From contig NIVC01000659.1 of the NCBI GenBank assembly GCA_002269645.1, positions 372,001 to 436,000 of the forward strand: a DNA stretch of 64,000 nucleotides, written 5' to 3'. Source of the stretch: Macrostomum lignano (taxonomy: Eukaryota). Below, one piece after another: positions 24,369 to 36,611 of this stretch. A model generated the notes under the pieces. It saw only the letters and a program-made list of their open reading frames with translations, made no database searches and was not told the origin of the DNA. Every line of letters starts with the position of its first letter. Positions within the stretch are counted from its first letter, which is position 1. A program made the translations under genes and the position numbers.

Positions 24369-27300
24369 GAGATGAAGGGAGAAACGAGATTAAAGACGAA
24401 AAGAGAGAAAAGATGAGAGATGAAGAGAGAAAGAAGAGATGAGAGATTAAGGGAGAGATGAGATGAAAGATAACGTAAGATGAGAGATGAGAGACGAAAG
24501 GATCGAGAAGAAAAGAGACAGATGATAGGAGTGAAAAGAGACGAGAGACCAGAGAGGTAAGAGCTGAGAAGAGACGCAAACCTTAAGTGGTGAAGTTCCA
24601 AGGCCCCAAGAGGTAGATAGAGAGGCTTTTCGGACCGGAGTTGCCAACCCCTGCATCAAGACTGAAGAGACGCAGCTGAAAGCATTTCAGTGCAGTTCAG
24701 ACATCTAATTCTGTGGCTAATTTAACTCAGTCTCTACTTGACTGACTGACAGGTACTCCAATTAAAGTGAGTAGCCAAACCTCTTCAGGCAGTCGTTTTG
24801 ACAATCCAAAATCGTGTAACAACAGGTTGCCCTCAGCGTCCATCAGCACATTCTCCGGATGAATGTCGCAGTGCAAAATGCCGCATTCGTGCAGTCCCGT
24901 GATCGCTTCGGCAAGTTGCAGGGCCCAATAGAATAGAAAACTCTCGCTGATGCATTTCAGACGGCTGCGAATCTCTTTGGCGGCTGCCGCCAGATCGCAC
25001 GGATAATAGTTGTACACCTCGATGCACTCCGATGGACAGCTGGCCCGCATCAGGGCTACTCCTGGGATGTTCGAGTCCTGCGGGTCCGGTTCGAGGTCTG
25101 GGGTGGTGGGTGTAGGCCGGGATAGAGAGTGCGGAGTGGGGTGGTGGGTGTGCCGGGATAGAGAGTGCGGAGTGGGGTGGTGGGTGTGCCGGGATAGAGA
25201 GTGCGGAGTGGGGTGGTGGGTGTGCCGGGACAGAGAGTGCGGAGTGGGGTGGTGGGTGTGCCGGGACAGAGAGTGCGGAGTGGGGTGGTGGGTGTGCCGG
25301 GATAGAGAGTGCGGAGTGGGGTGGTGGGTGTGCCGGGATAGAGAGTGCGGAGTGGGGTGGTGGGTGTGCCGGGATAGAGAGTGCGGAGTGGGGTGGTGGG
25401 TGTGCCGGGATAGAGAGTGCGGAGTGGGGTGGTGGGTGTGCCGGGATAGAGAGTGCGGAGTGGGGTGATGTGTGTGACGGGATAGTGCGACGTTGGTAGT
25501 GTGGAGGAATAAGTATTAAAATTATATTAGTAATCTACTATTTTGCAAAACGAGGTAGTATTTTTGCGACGAGAGTACTCCAATACTTAAAGTAGAATAG
25601 TATTTACTGTAAACAAGCATTAGAGGCAAGGGTTTAAAAGCAGACCCTTAGTCACGAATCAATACATTTATAAGTTTTCATCTAATTTCCAGAGTCAAGA
25701 GGGAATTGCTGAGGTGGCAAACTTGCATGTAGATACTCGTATACAGTTTATTATCAAATCTTTATGCTAACATCATTATTAGGAAACTGAAATCCAAATT
25801 TCTGTTGACACCTCTTCTCTGTGAGTGTATATGACAGCTCTTCCCCAACCCCAACACTCCCCAACACTGTCAATCAAAAGTTCATCCGAGCTGATTCCAT
25901 GAAAGCTAGCAGCTGCAGCAGCAACAGCAGACCCAGATACAATGCAATAATACTCAAATAGCAGCTTGAAGAGTCTAGTCACCTAGGCTAAATCGATTCA
26001 CGGCACCTTTTTGCCCCTAACAATGCTCGCTCTTGTGAAGTGCTTAGGCGCTTGCATTGCACGGTTGGATTGACGTGTTTCGATGTTGAAAAAGCTCCCC
26101 CCCCCCTAGTTACCGCTGGGTAAAATACAATGTACAGCAGATTTTCAATTTTTCAATATTAGAGCAGTCAGAATCTCAGTGTAGAGTTTTATAAACTAAC
26201 TCACCTTTGCCAAACTGTCAGTGTTTCACGCGCAAACTGAGAACTAAGAGCTATGTGTGAGATAGGGAATATCTAGGTGTGAGATGGGGATGAGATCTAG
26301 CAATGAGATTGGGATGAAATCTAGCAGTGATATTGAAATGAAATCTAGCAGTGATATTGAAATGAAATCTAGCAGTGATATTGAAATGAAATCTAGCAGT
26401 GATATTGAAATGAAATCTAGCAGTGAGATTGAGATGAGATCTAGCAGTGAGATCGGAATGAGATCTAGCAGTGAGATTGGAATAAGATCTAGCAGTGAGA
26501 TTGGGATGAGATCAAGCAGTGAGATTGGGATGAGATCTAGCAGTGAGATTGAGATGAGATCTAGCAGTGAGGTTGAGATGAGATCTAGCAGTGAGATCGG
26601 AATGAGATCCCGCAGTGAGATTGAGATGAGGTCTAGCAGTAAGATTGGGATGAGATCTAGCAGTGAGATCGGGATGAGATCAGGCAGTGAGATTGAGATG
26701 AGATCTAGCAGTGAGATTGAGATTGAGATCTAGCAGTGAGATTGAGATGAGATCTAGCAGTGAGATTGAGATGAGATCTAGCAGTGAGATCGGAATGAGA
26801 TCCCGCAGTGAGATTGAGATGAGGTCTAGCAGTAAGATTGGGATGAGATCTAGCAGTGAGATCGGGATGAGATCAAGCAGTGAGATTGAGATGAGATCGG
26901 GATGAGATCAAGCAGTGAGATTGAGATGAGATCGGGATGAGATCAAGCAGTGAGATTGAGATGAGATCGGGATGAGATCTAGCAGTGAGATTGAGATGAG
27001 ATCGCGATGAGATCTAGCAGTGAGATTGAGATGAGATAAAGCAATGATATTGAGATGAGATCTAGCAGTGAGATTGAGATTAGATCTAGCAGTGAGATTT
27101 GGATGAGATCTAAGACTGGGATCGGGATGAGATTCAACAGTGAGATCGAGATAAATAGAGATTTAGGATCCGGCAAGCAGACGCGCTCTCACCTTGAGTT
27201 CCAGCAGGGCTCTCATCGCCTTCCTGAACGCTTTCTCCTTCGCCGCAACCGTCAGACTCTGCTTCGGCACCTTCAGCACCACGACAGACGATTTGGCGAC

Positions 27301-27582
27301 ATTGAGCTTGCGAAACTCCGCCCTGGCCGCCAGAGTCTCCGCGTCGCTCAGCTGACAAAGTCCGTCGGTAGCATCGACATCTGTCGCAGCTTTCGTCGCC
27401 GCAGAGGTGGCCAGCAGGATGTCGCCATAGCCGCCAGACTGCAGTGACATCACGGCGGTGAACCGGCCGTCAAGCCGCAGTGCCGGGTGCAGCCAGTCAA
27501 CCTGCCTGTTGCCGTTGTATGTCAGCCGAAGGTCGACAGCTTGACGACTCCAGTCGGCGAAGCTTCTTGGCGTTGAAGACAT
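23037..27582 (-). CDS. Divergent Ser/Thr protein kinase, AGC-like, about 430 aa
   Basis: Exons 27582-27193, 25077-24781 and 23642-23037, all phase 0; the middle acceptor is the least certain. Motifs: SGGYGDILLA (G-loop), VVLK, HCDIHPENVL, DFGLSK, WWPPE, VDWYGLG, and NRLG..EVLSH..F..WEQ. An in-frame stop lies 15 nt upstream of the ATG. Confidence 0.82.
25107..25470. repeat. 36-bp G-rich intronic minisatellite (gggatagagagtgcggagtggggtggtgggtgtgcc), about 10 copies
   Basis: 12-aa periodicity; begins about 30 nt from the kinase exon acceptor. Confidence 0.95.
26280..27150. repeat. 24-bp intronic minisatellite (atctagcagtgagattgagatgag)
   Basis: 8-aa periodicity (SSSEIEMR). Confidence 0.95.
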
Positions 27583-28377
27583 TTTGAATTTGACTTACTT
27601 CAAATGCTGCATTCCGCTATGCCATGCCGAGAGCTCCTGGTAGTCAGCTACATGAATTATTAAAACTCGCGTTCTATTCCTTCATAATGCTCTGTTATCG
27701 ATGCTTTTATCTCTAAGAGAGAAAGAGAGAGACAGAGAGACACGAGACCCTCTGATTGGTCGGTTTGAGTAGAGCGCAAGTTCGAATTGAGGCATAGAGA
27801 TTGAAGTGCGTATCGCAGGCACGAGTGCGAGAGTATAAATTTCACACAGAAAGCTGCAGAGCTTGTGCAGATTGTGTAGTAGTTTGAGAGAAGCCTCTCT
27901 GTCGGCGGTCCAGGCGTTTATAGAAGACATTCGCAGGCATACACAGTACCGGTCGTGCGCGACCGCTCCATTCTCTTTCTTGTTTTAGACTCTATTCCAC
28001 TATTATAACCCTATAGCTACGAGTACAAAACTTAAACGTGCTTGCTTGCTAGGGTCAGTAAATTAAAACTCGAGCTTCGTACGCCAATGCAAGAACGACT
28101 TGTTGTGGGTTTTCTATAGGAAGCTTAACAAGCTTTTAAACAGGGTTTTAGCCATGCAGATGGACGGAGAGGGTGGCTTGGGGTTGTGGCCAACCAGTGA
28201 GTACCGCTGTAGCAACAGGAAAAAGTACACTTGATGGAAAAAATAGTTGTAAGAAAGAGGAGTCTGTAGACAAGCTCATTATTACTGTTTGAAGAAGCAG
28301 ATCTGCTGCAACCTCCAAAGCAAAAAACTTGAAGGTCAAGGAAAACAAATGAAGAATGCGGAGACGGCAGTGACAGC

Positions 28378-29075
28378 AGGATAGGGAACTGAGAGACAGG
28401 ATGGGGAAATGAGAGACAGGATGGGGAAATGAGAGACAGGATGGGGAAATCAATAACAGGATGAGGAAATCAGGGACGAGATGGGGATATCAGGGAAAAG
28501 ATGGGGAAAGCAGGAACAGGATGGGGAAATCAGGGACAGGATGGGGAAATCAGGGACAGGATGGGGAAATCAGAGACAGGATGGGGAAATGAGAGACAGG
28601 ATGGGGAAATCAGGGACAGGATGGGGAAATCAGGGACAGGATGGGGAAATCAGGGACAGGATGGGGAAATCAGAGACAGGATGGGGAAATGAGAGACAGG
28701 ATGGGGAAATCAGGGACAGGATGGGGAAATCAGGGACAGGATGGGGAAATCAGGGACAGGATGGGGAAATGAGACAGGATGGGGAACTCAGACAGGATGG
28801 GGATATGAGAGACAGGATAGGGAAATCAGAGACAGGATGGGGAAATCAGAGACAGGATGGGGAAATCAGAGACAGGATGGGGAAATCAGAGACAGGATGG
28901 GGATATGAGAGACAGGATCGGGAAATGAGACAGGATGGGGAAATGAGATACAGGATGGGGAAATGAGAGACAGGATGGTTCAAATGAGACAGGATGGGGA
29001 AATTAGACAGGATGGGAAAATGAGAGACAGGATGGGAAAATGAGACAGGATGGGAAAATGAGACAGGATGGGAAA
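28378..29075. repeat. Minisatellite, about 20-bp unit (agggacaggatggggaaatc)
   Basis: Seen directly. Confidence 0.95.
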
Positions 29076-29577
29076 TGAGAGGATAGCTGAGGGAGTATAA
29101 CATGCATACAAACTAAACTTCAATACGAAAATTTGGCATAACCCGGCCATCCAAATGATTGCAGCGCATGCCATTATCCTCTTCAAGTCGAAGGCTAGAG
29201 GAACTGATGGGATGCTGGTGGGGCAGCGCACCCGGCCAGATCCCACCTGCTGCTCAGAAAAAATGCAGAACTTAGACAGGAACTGAGGGCTTGGGAGGTG
29301 TAGGAGTAGGATAGGATGAAGGCTGAAAAAAGTTCCCACGAGAGCGCATTGAGTAGGCTGAAGCTTCAGCACTGGCTGCGGAGGCTGAGACGACGGATTC
29401 TTAAATCCACCCCTAATCCACGTGAAAACGGAAGCCAAGTAAACTGCCTCTGTGGACAGTCAGAAAGACAGAAAAGACAGACAGAATTGCCAGACAAAAA
29501 TGGAATAATGGCAGGGACTTGAATATTCTTCACATCTTTTGCAGCATTTTAAAATAATACTAAAGGCTGTGCTGATG

Positions 29578-30172
29578 CTGAATGGGTATTGCTCATCTAG
29601 GGTGCTGCATGGGTATTGCTCATCTAGGGTGCTGCAAGGGTATTGCTCATCTAGGATGCTGCATGGGTATTGCTCATCAATGATACTGACTGGGTATTGC
29701 TCATCTAGGATACTGAAAGGGTATTGCTCATCTAGGATACTGAATGGGTATTGCTCATCTAGGATACTGAAAGGGTATTGCTCATCTAGGATACTGAATG
29801 GGTATTGCTCATCTAGGATACTGAAAGGGTATTGCTCATCTAGGATACTGAATGGGTATTGCTCATCTAGGATACTGAATGGGTATTGCTCATCTAGGAT
29901 ACTGAATGGGTATTGCTCATCTAGGATACTGAATGGGTATTGCTCATCAAGGATGCTGACTGGGTATTGCTCATCTAGGATACTGACTGGATATTGCTCA
30001 TCTAGGATACTGAATGGGTATTGCTCATCTAGGATACTGAATGGGTATTGCTCATCTAGGATACTGAAAGGGTATTGCTCATCTAGGATAGTGAAAGGGT
30101 ACTGCTCATCTTGGATGCTGAATGGGTATTGCTTACCTAGGATACTGAATGGGTATTGCTCATTTAGGATGC
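29578..30172. repeat. 27-bp minisatellite (gggtattgctcatctaggatactgaat), about 22 copies
   Basis: 9-aa periodicity (FSILDEQYP). Confidence 0.96.
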
Positions 30173-30653
30173 TGAAAATTACCCATATGGAGAATTTACT
30201 CCAGCACTTGGAATTCCAGCCACTTAGCAAAAGTTCGGAAATCATAAAAAAGATAATTTTTTCTACTTATTTGAGTAGTATCGCGTGAGCCAGAGAACAA
30301 ATAATTAAGCTTGGTTGCTATTTATTTATTGTGTATTTTTATGTATGAAACAGATATCGAACCCCTGGTGTTAGTTCGCCCCGAAATTATTTCCCCGAAA
30401 ACAAAGGCCTTATGCTACTACTGAGCGCTTTAAACAGAGTAGGCTGTTCGGCATGTTAGAAGCCCAATTCAATATTATGGATGGCATATAAAAAGCGGAA
30501 AAGAGAATACACTGCACTGGGAAAAACTTCTTCTAGACAGACACACAGAAGCAGACAGCGAACAAATATTATAATTAGTTTTCATATCCCAGGTGTAAAT
30601 AAATTCCAACAATATCCATTGTTCACGAGTTTTTGATTCAATGAGGATTAAGA

Positions 30654-33600
30654 TTAAGCTGGCTGGTGCACCATTCTTTCCTTGTTGATGAGGTGGCCGA
30701 CCTCGCCAACCAGGCGCATGACACTGTCCAGACTGTGGGCCCAGTCTGTGAGCAGCTGGGTGGCCGACTGGGCGGTCGAGAAGTGGACAACTCCGGTCAG
30801 ACGGTCGATCTTGGCCGAAACGGCGCCGGACACGACCTGGGGGTGTGGAATGGGGTGGTCGGTTCTGCTAGGGCGGAGCTTAACTCAGGGGAGCTGGGAG
30901 GCTGGCCCAGCAACTGAGGATCTGGAAGACTGGCCCAGCAAATGAGGATCTGGGAGGCTGGCCCAGCAACTGAGGATCTGGGAGGCTGGCCCAGCAACTG
31001 AGGATCTGGGAGGCTGGCCCAGCAACTGAGGATCTGGGAGGCTGGCCCAGCAACTGAGAATCTGGGAGGCTGGCCCAGCAACTGAGGATCTGGGAGGCTG
31101 GCCTAGCAACAGAGGATCTGGGAGGCTGGCCCAGCAACTGAGGATCTGGGAGGCTGGCCCAGCAACTGAGAATCTGGGAGGCTGGCCCAGCAACTGAGGA
31201 TCTGGGAGGCTGGCCCAGCAACTGAGAATCTGGGAGGCTGGCCCAGCAACTGAGAATCTGGGAGGCTGGCCCAGCAACTGAGAATCTGGGAGGCTGGCCC
31301 AGCAACTGAGAATCTGGGAGGCTGGCCCAGCAACTGAGGATCTAGAAAGCAGCTACAACAAACCTGATCGGAGATGGCCTGCTCAGCGTCGGGCACATCC
31401 AGAGACAGCAGGTGAGCAGCCCTGGCCAGGCCAATATTAGTATAGTAGGCAGCCAGCACCCGTACATTGTGCTCGGTCACTCGCTTTCGCAGAGCTTCAA
31501 TATCCTCGTCGGACAGTCGGCAGTCGGCCCGAAGTCGTTCGGCGTGCTCAGCGCTCAGTTCGGACCAGTTGATGAGCTCCCGGCCGCTGAACTGGCCGCA
31601 CAGCTCGGCATAGTCTGGCTCGGATTCCAGCGCCCTGGCGTGATGACGGAGGCTGCGCTGCAGCAGGTCGTGCTGCTCGTTGTCGTGCGGAGCAAGCAGG
31701 AGGTTGGCCAGGCAGCAGCGGAGGTGCAGGCGGAACTTGTCTGTGTCCGGCTGGCAGCTCTGCGGGACGTTGGGGCGGGTGCTGACTAATGAGAGTTGCT
31801 GGATGTCTAATGAGAGTCGCGGGATGCCTAATGAGAGTGGCGGGATGCCTAATGAGAGTGGCGGGATGCCTAATGAGAGTCGCGGGGTGCCTAATGAGAG
31901 TCGCGGGATGCCTAATGAGAGTCGCGGGATTCCTAATTAGAGTCGCGGGATGCCTAATGAGAGTCCCGGGATGCCTAATTAGAGTCGCGGGATGACTAAT
32001 GAGAGTCGCGGGATGCCTAATGAGAGTCCCGGGATTCCTAATTAGAGTCGCGGGATGCCTAATGAGAGTCGCGGGATGCCTAATGAGAGCTGCGGGGTGC
32101 CTAATTAGAGTCGCGGATGCCTAATGAGAGTCGTGGGGTTATCATACCTGCAGAATAGCGGCGTGATGCTTGCTGATGCTCAAGTAGGACTTGTCGTGAC
32201 TGTGCAGCTCAATCATCAGAGTGTAATATTTCTCTTTGAGCTCGGAATCAGGTTCAGTTTGGAAAAATTTTGGATTAACCTTCTTGCTGATAATCTGTGT
32301 GCGGATGTAGTCCCGTTTGGCTAGACAGAGACGCATCTGTTCCAGAATGAATTCCACTTTCTCGCGCTTCTCCATGCTGCCAAAGGTTTCCACCTGAGGA
32401 TTTTAGTATTGATTTGTATGTTAACGCGATGTTATGTCGAAATAAATATAAAGTAGAATGACAGACTGATGCAGAATGAAGTGAGTCAGCAGAGTGACAG
32501 ACTGATGCATAATGAAGTGAGTCAGCAGAGTGACAGACTGATGCAGAATGAAGTGAGTCAGCAGAGTGACAGACTGATGCAGAATGAAGTGAGTCAGCAG
32601 AGTGACAGACTGATGCAGAATGAAGTGAGTAAGCAGAGTGACAGACTGATGCAGAATGACATGAGTCAGCAGAGTGACAGACTGATGCATAATGAAGTGA
32701 GTCAGCAGAGTGACAGACTGATGCAGAATGAAGTGAGTCAGCAGAGTGACAGACTGATGCAGAATGAAATGAGTCAGCAGAGTGACAGACTGATGCAGAA
32801 TGAAATGAGTCAGCAGAGTGACAGACTGATGCAGAATCAAGTGAGTCAGCAGAGTGACAGACTGATGCAGAATGAAATGAGTCAGCAGAGTGACAAGCAA
32901 CTGAGACAATATGATCAGATAAATTTCAATGTCTAACTAAGTGAGGCCGCTCACCTGCAGCTCCTGTAGGACATCGGCAGCATCAGCAATGTTGCCGTCA
33001 GCCTCATTAATCTCAGCCAGCTGTTTAGTCAGCCTGGCCCGCTGCACCTCAACGTAGATCTTGCCAGCTGTGACAGTGCGAAGTGTTTCAATCAGGCGCA
33101 GTTTCTCAGCCTTGTCAGCCAGCTCCTGGATAAACTGGCAGGCTTCGTCAACCATCTTAGTGACAGCCTGTTTTGATTGGCCACGCTTCTTGCTCATAGT
33201 TAGCAGATAATCGTTGAGAGCCTGCCAGTTCTTAGCTCTGTAGCAGAGCTGGGCAATGCACACCAATAAGCGACCAGTGCTGATAGCATCGGATGCCTTA
33301 AAAAATGCATTGTAACAATTTCACTATTTAAACTTCTGTGAGGCTTTAATTCAATATTTACATAAACAATCCAAATCTAATCTGTTTGGTGATTACTTAC
33401 ACTTCTTGTGTGCTTCTCCAATGACAAAATGAGGTCCAATGCTTCATTGAGCTTGCCATGCTGAAAATTAGTAGGTAAAAAAAGAAAAAAAATTGCATGG
33501 CACTTGGACAATTTTTGCATTAAATCCAATGGCCTGTTTGAGTCTCACATACAGGAGTACCTTTGGTGGCAACTTTTGGGACCTTCCTATACTGGGTGTC

Positions 33601-34992
33601 CCCCAGACTTTAGATAGTATACATGTATGACTTATTGAAACTATAGTCTATAGGCCCATTCCATATAAGATGGACATATTTAGAAAATAGAAAAAAGTCA
33701 ATATTTTTGCTTGTCATTGCCTTATCAGCCAATTTTTTTACCAAATCTTTTTTGTATGTAATGTATACAATCTAAGAATAAATAAATGATAAAATGTTGG
33801 ATTAGTATGTTATCAATTGGCAAAAAGTTATTTTTGTATAAAATTGGACATTTTCTAAGCAAAAGACATCATTAAGTTTATGTACTTTTTAAAAACAAAT
33901 AGAAAGCTTTAGAAGGTTAAAACAAACTATATATATAATTATAGTACTTGCATCATTAGATAAAAACATTAGCAACCATATAATCCATTATATTTTTAAT
34001 ATATTAGTACTTCAAAGTTACTGAATTGACAGAAAAAATATGTTACGACCATAATGTTACGACCAGATGGCTGCCTTTTCTTTTGTATCTTTATTGCCTT
34101 TTTGAGTTTATATATTCTAAAAAAGAGTATGACTTCTAAAGATGTTCTTAATCAAATTAAAAAAATTATTGCAAAATATCAAAAATGAAAAATGTTATAA
34201 GACTTTTACTTTTTAGTTTCTATATGTCAAAAATCCTGTTGTTATGACCATAAGTGCCATTCAAGGTTTAATAGCATCTATACTAATGATGATATCTATA
34301 TGAAACTTTATAAACATATTCTTGACAAAATAATCTTTCATTCAAAATATTGGTTTAGTATATTCTATTATTAGATTTCATTTTATAAGTCTAATAATAT
34401 AATAAAAACAAAAACAATTTGTCATGTTACGACCATAATTATATGGAATGGCCCTATAACACTTTTAGAAGGTGGCCTGCTGTTCCAGACCAAACTTTGG
34501 GTTAAAAGCTTAATTTTATTTTTATATTGATTTCTAAAGCTATAAGCCTATAGGTTGGTCTTTCAATCAATATATGAATATTCAACAAAATGCCTTGTTC
34601 TCACTTAGTTTAACTAAGTTAACTTTGAAATTTGCCCTGGCAAAATGTTTTTTGAACAGAAGCCAAAGGGTCCCATAACAAAACTGAGCCATGGTATATT
34701 ATATTAGCTATTATTGGGTAGTTGTAACAATGAATAAATGTGGTAGAACACTGTTCTTCTAAAGTTTATTAAAGCTAAGATTACAAAAATTATATTTAAA
34801 CTTCAATTAACAACTTTTCATTCATATTTTAATTAACAGAAAGGAACACATATTGTTTAAATACATCCAAAATAACCAAATATAAAATATCTGAATTAGG
34901 CTACTTACAGATGCAAGTTCAGTCGCCTTTGGGATAAGCTCATCCACCTGGGATGAATAATCGATTTCCATCTTTTTTACCTCTTCCGACAT
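30654..34992 (-). CDS. PSMD12: 26S proteasome regulatory lid subunit Rpn5 (PCI domain), 436 aa
   Basis: Six phase-0 GT-AG exons: 34992-34909, 33460-33401, 33296-32955, 32393-32148, 31759-31364, 30836-30654. Conserved Rpn5 blocks are present: [93 protein letters not shown]. Confidence 0.97.
30888..31343. repeat. 28-bp minisatellite in PSMD12 intron 5 (gggaggctggcccagcaactgaggatct)
   Basis: Seen directly; the same family occurs inverted at 62030-62302. Confidence 0.96.
31787..32135. repeat. 21-bp minisatellite in PSMD12 intron 4 (ctaatgagagtcgcgggatgc)
   Basis: 7-aa periodicity. Confidence 0.95.
32437..32895. repeat. 36-bp minisatellite in PSMD12 intron 3 (gacagactgatgcagaatgaagtgagtcagcagagt)
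   Basis: 12-aa periodicity. Confidence 0.96.
33653..34454. mobile_element. 802-bp non-autonomous DNA transposon in PSMD12 intron 1 (16-bp TIR, TATA flanks)
   Basis: Left end GGCCCATTCCATATAA against right-end reverse complement GGGCCATTCCATATAA (15/16). TATA sits immediately outside both ends. The AT-rich interior has repeated gtta(c/t)gaccata. Confidence 0.8.
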
Positions 34993-36611
34993 TTTAAATG
35001 CAGGACTGATTGAATGAAATAGTGAAGAAATTTCAAAAAAAGCCCGGGTGAATTTTTCTAACGTCAGAACGAATGGGCTCTAGTAATTTCCTAGAAAAAG
35101 GCAACAGATGCGCCAAGTAATAGTTATTTAAAAATTGAAAAAACCAAAGCGTTAAAACGAAAGTTTTAGTTTTAGCTAGCAAATAAAAGCCAAAATTACA
35201 AAATTCTTATGCATTATTAAATTTTAAAGTTTTTAAGTATTTATTATTTCGCATAACATATTGCATAAGCAAATAAAAATTGTTACATTGCATTCGAGCC
35301 ATCAGTCATTGAATTAATCAGAACCTTAGAAGTTACACGTAAGCAAAAATCTAATTCACACTGGCCATCGAATTACACAGCCAAGTATAGAGAAATAAAA
35401 GTTGATGTACAATTCCTCTAAAAAAGTGGGCTGATCAAACGATCCCTTAATTAGGCTGCGCATACAATAATGGTCCATTCATTTATATATACATGTATTA
35501 GATACATATACGAGCGTATGCATGCATTCATTCATACATCACTGCACTGCGCCTAACACTGTATTCTGTAGCTATATATGTATTCTACATGTACTGTAGC
35601 GACTTTTTCTATGCGTCGAATTTTGTTCCTTAATACTCGTACATGTAAATTTATGTTCCATATGAAAGCTCGACGCACGGTTAGAAAAATTTCATTAAAA
35701 AAACTGACGAAAATTCAAGAGTTTAATTGAAAAATATTTTACTTCGATTTTTAAAACACTGCATATATACGCGACGCTCTTAAAAATTTGCTTTCGGGAC
35801 CAAACTCCGTGATCAGAGGTACATGTATAAAGGATTGCCGCATACTCTTAATGTAGCACTCTGCGCTTGCATGTCGTCCGCACACAGCTTGATCAATTTT
35901 TAATGCCGGCTGTTCCACCCGGCAGCAGTAACTTCAGTAAAACTTTTTGAATTTCGTTTTTGAGAGTGTTGTGAAAAATTTTTGCCCAATTAAAAAGTAT
36001 ATAAAAAACGGCGCGCATGCTTGAATCGACTAAGTGAAACCTGCAGACTACGAAAAATCGAGGTACGTAACTCGTACTCGCATAATGCCAGAGCACCATG
36101 ATGACACTCGAGCGGAGAAAGCGACGCAAACAGCTTTTGCCCAGCAGCAGATTTGCGGCCCTGCAGCCATCGCTCCATCTGCTAATTCTTTAAGCAGCAA
36201 ATCGACAATAGACAGCTCCAACGCCCAACCGATTTCCAGGTAGATTTTGTTGAGATTACGGGGTAGGCATGGGTCTTTCAGCGGTTACATGTATAGTGTT
36301 ACGCCCGTTAATCTTCAACGGACGTTGAAGATGTTGCAAGCGTGTAAATTTTAATATGTAAATTTTTAATGTAATCTGCATGTAAATTTTAGCAAAACTG
36401 ATGTTTTTTTCGTTTATTACAACAAGCAGCTTTAAAACAGTTTGCTGAGAGCTATAGTCTAGACAATTGTTGCCAAGTACAGCGGCCCTGACTTTCTAAA
36501 TCGTCAGTCATGTACACTCTCTGCGAATCGCACGACAAACCCCTTTTGAGGAATTTTCCTGAACACCACCCGAAGAGCGCACAGGCCAGCCCAGGAACTG
36601 CGGACAGCTGA

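Larger units (their letters stand above)
17779..24689. repeat. Tandem segmental duplication: copy A 17779-20913, copy B 20914-24689
   Basis: The unique segments appear identical (for example ORF 19267-19785 equals 23037-23555, offset 3770). The copies differ mainly in the length of the 28-bp array and the (GA)n tract. A TCA microhomology marks the junction. Confidence 0.95.

Noticed and set aside
25779-26236. Extra kinase exons (32-nt microexon 26236-26205; RLFKLLFEY segment)
   Set aside because: The microexon breaks the frame, and the direct phase-0 splice already supplies the hinge region.
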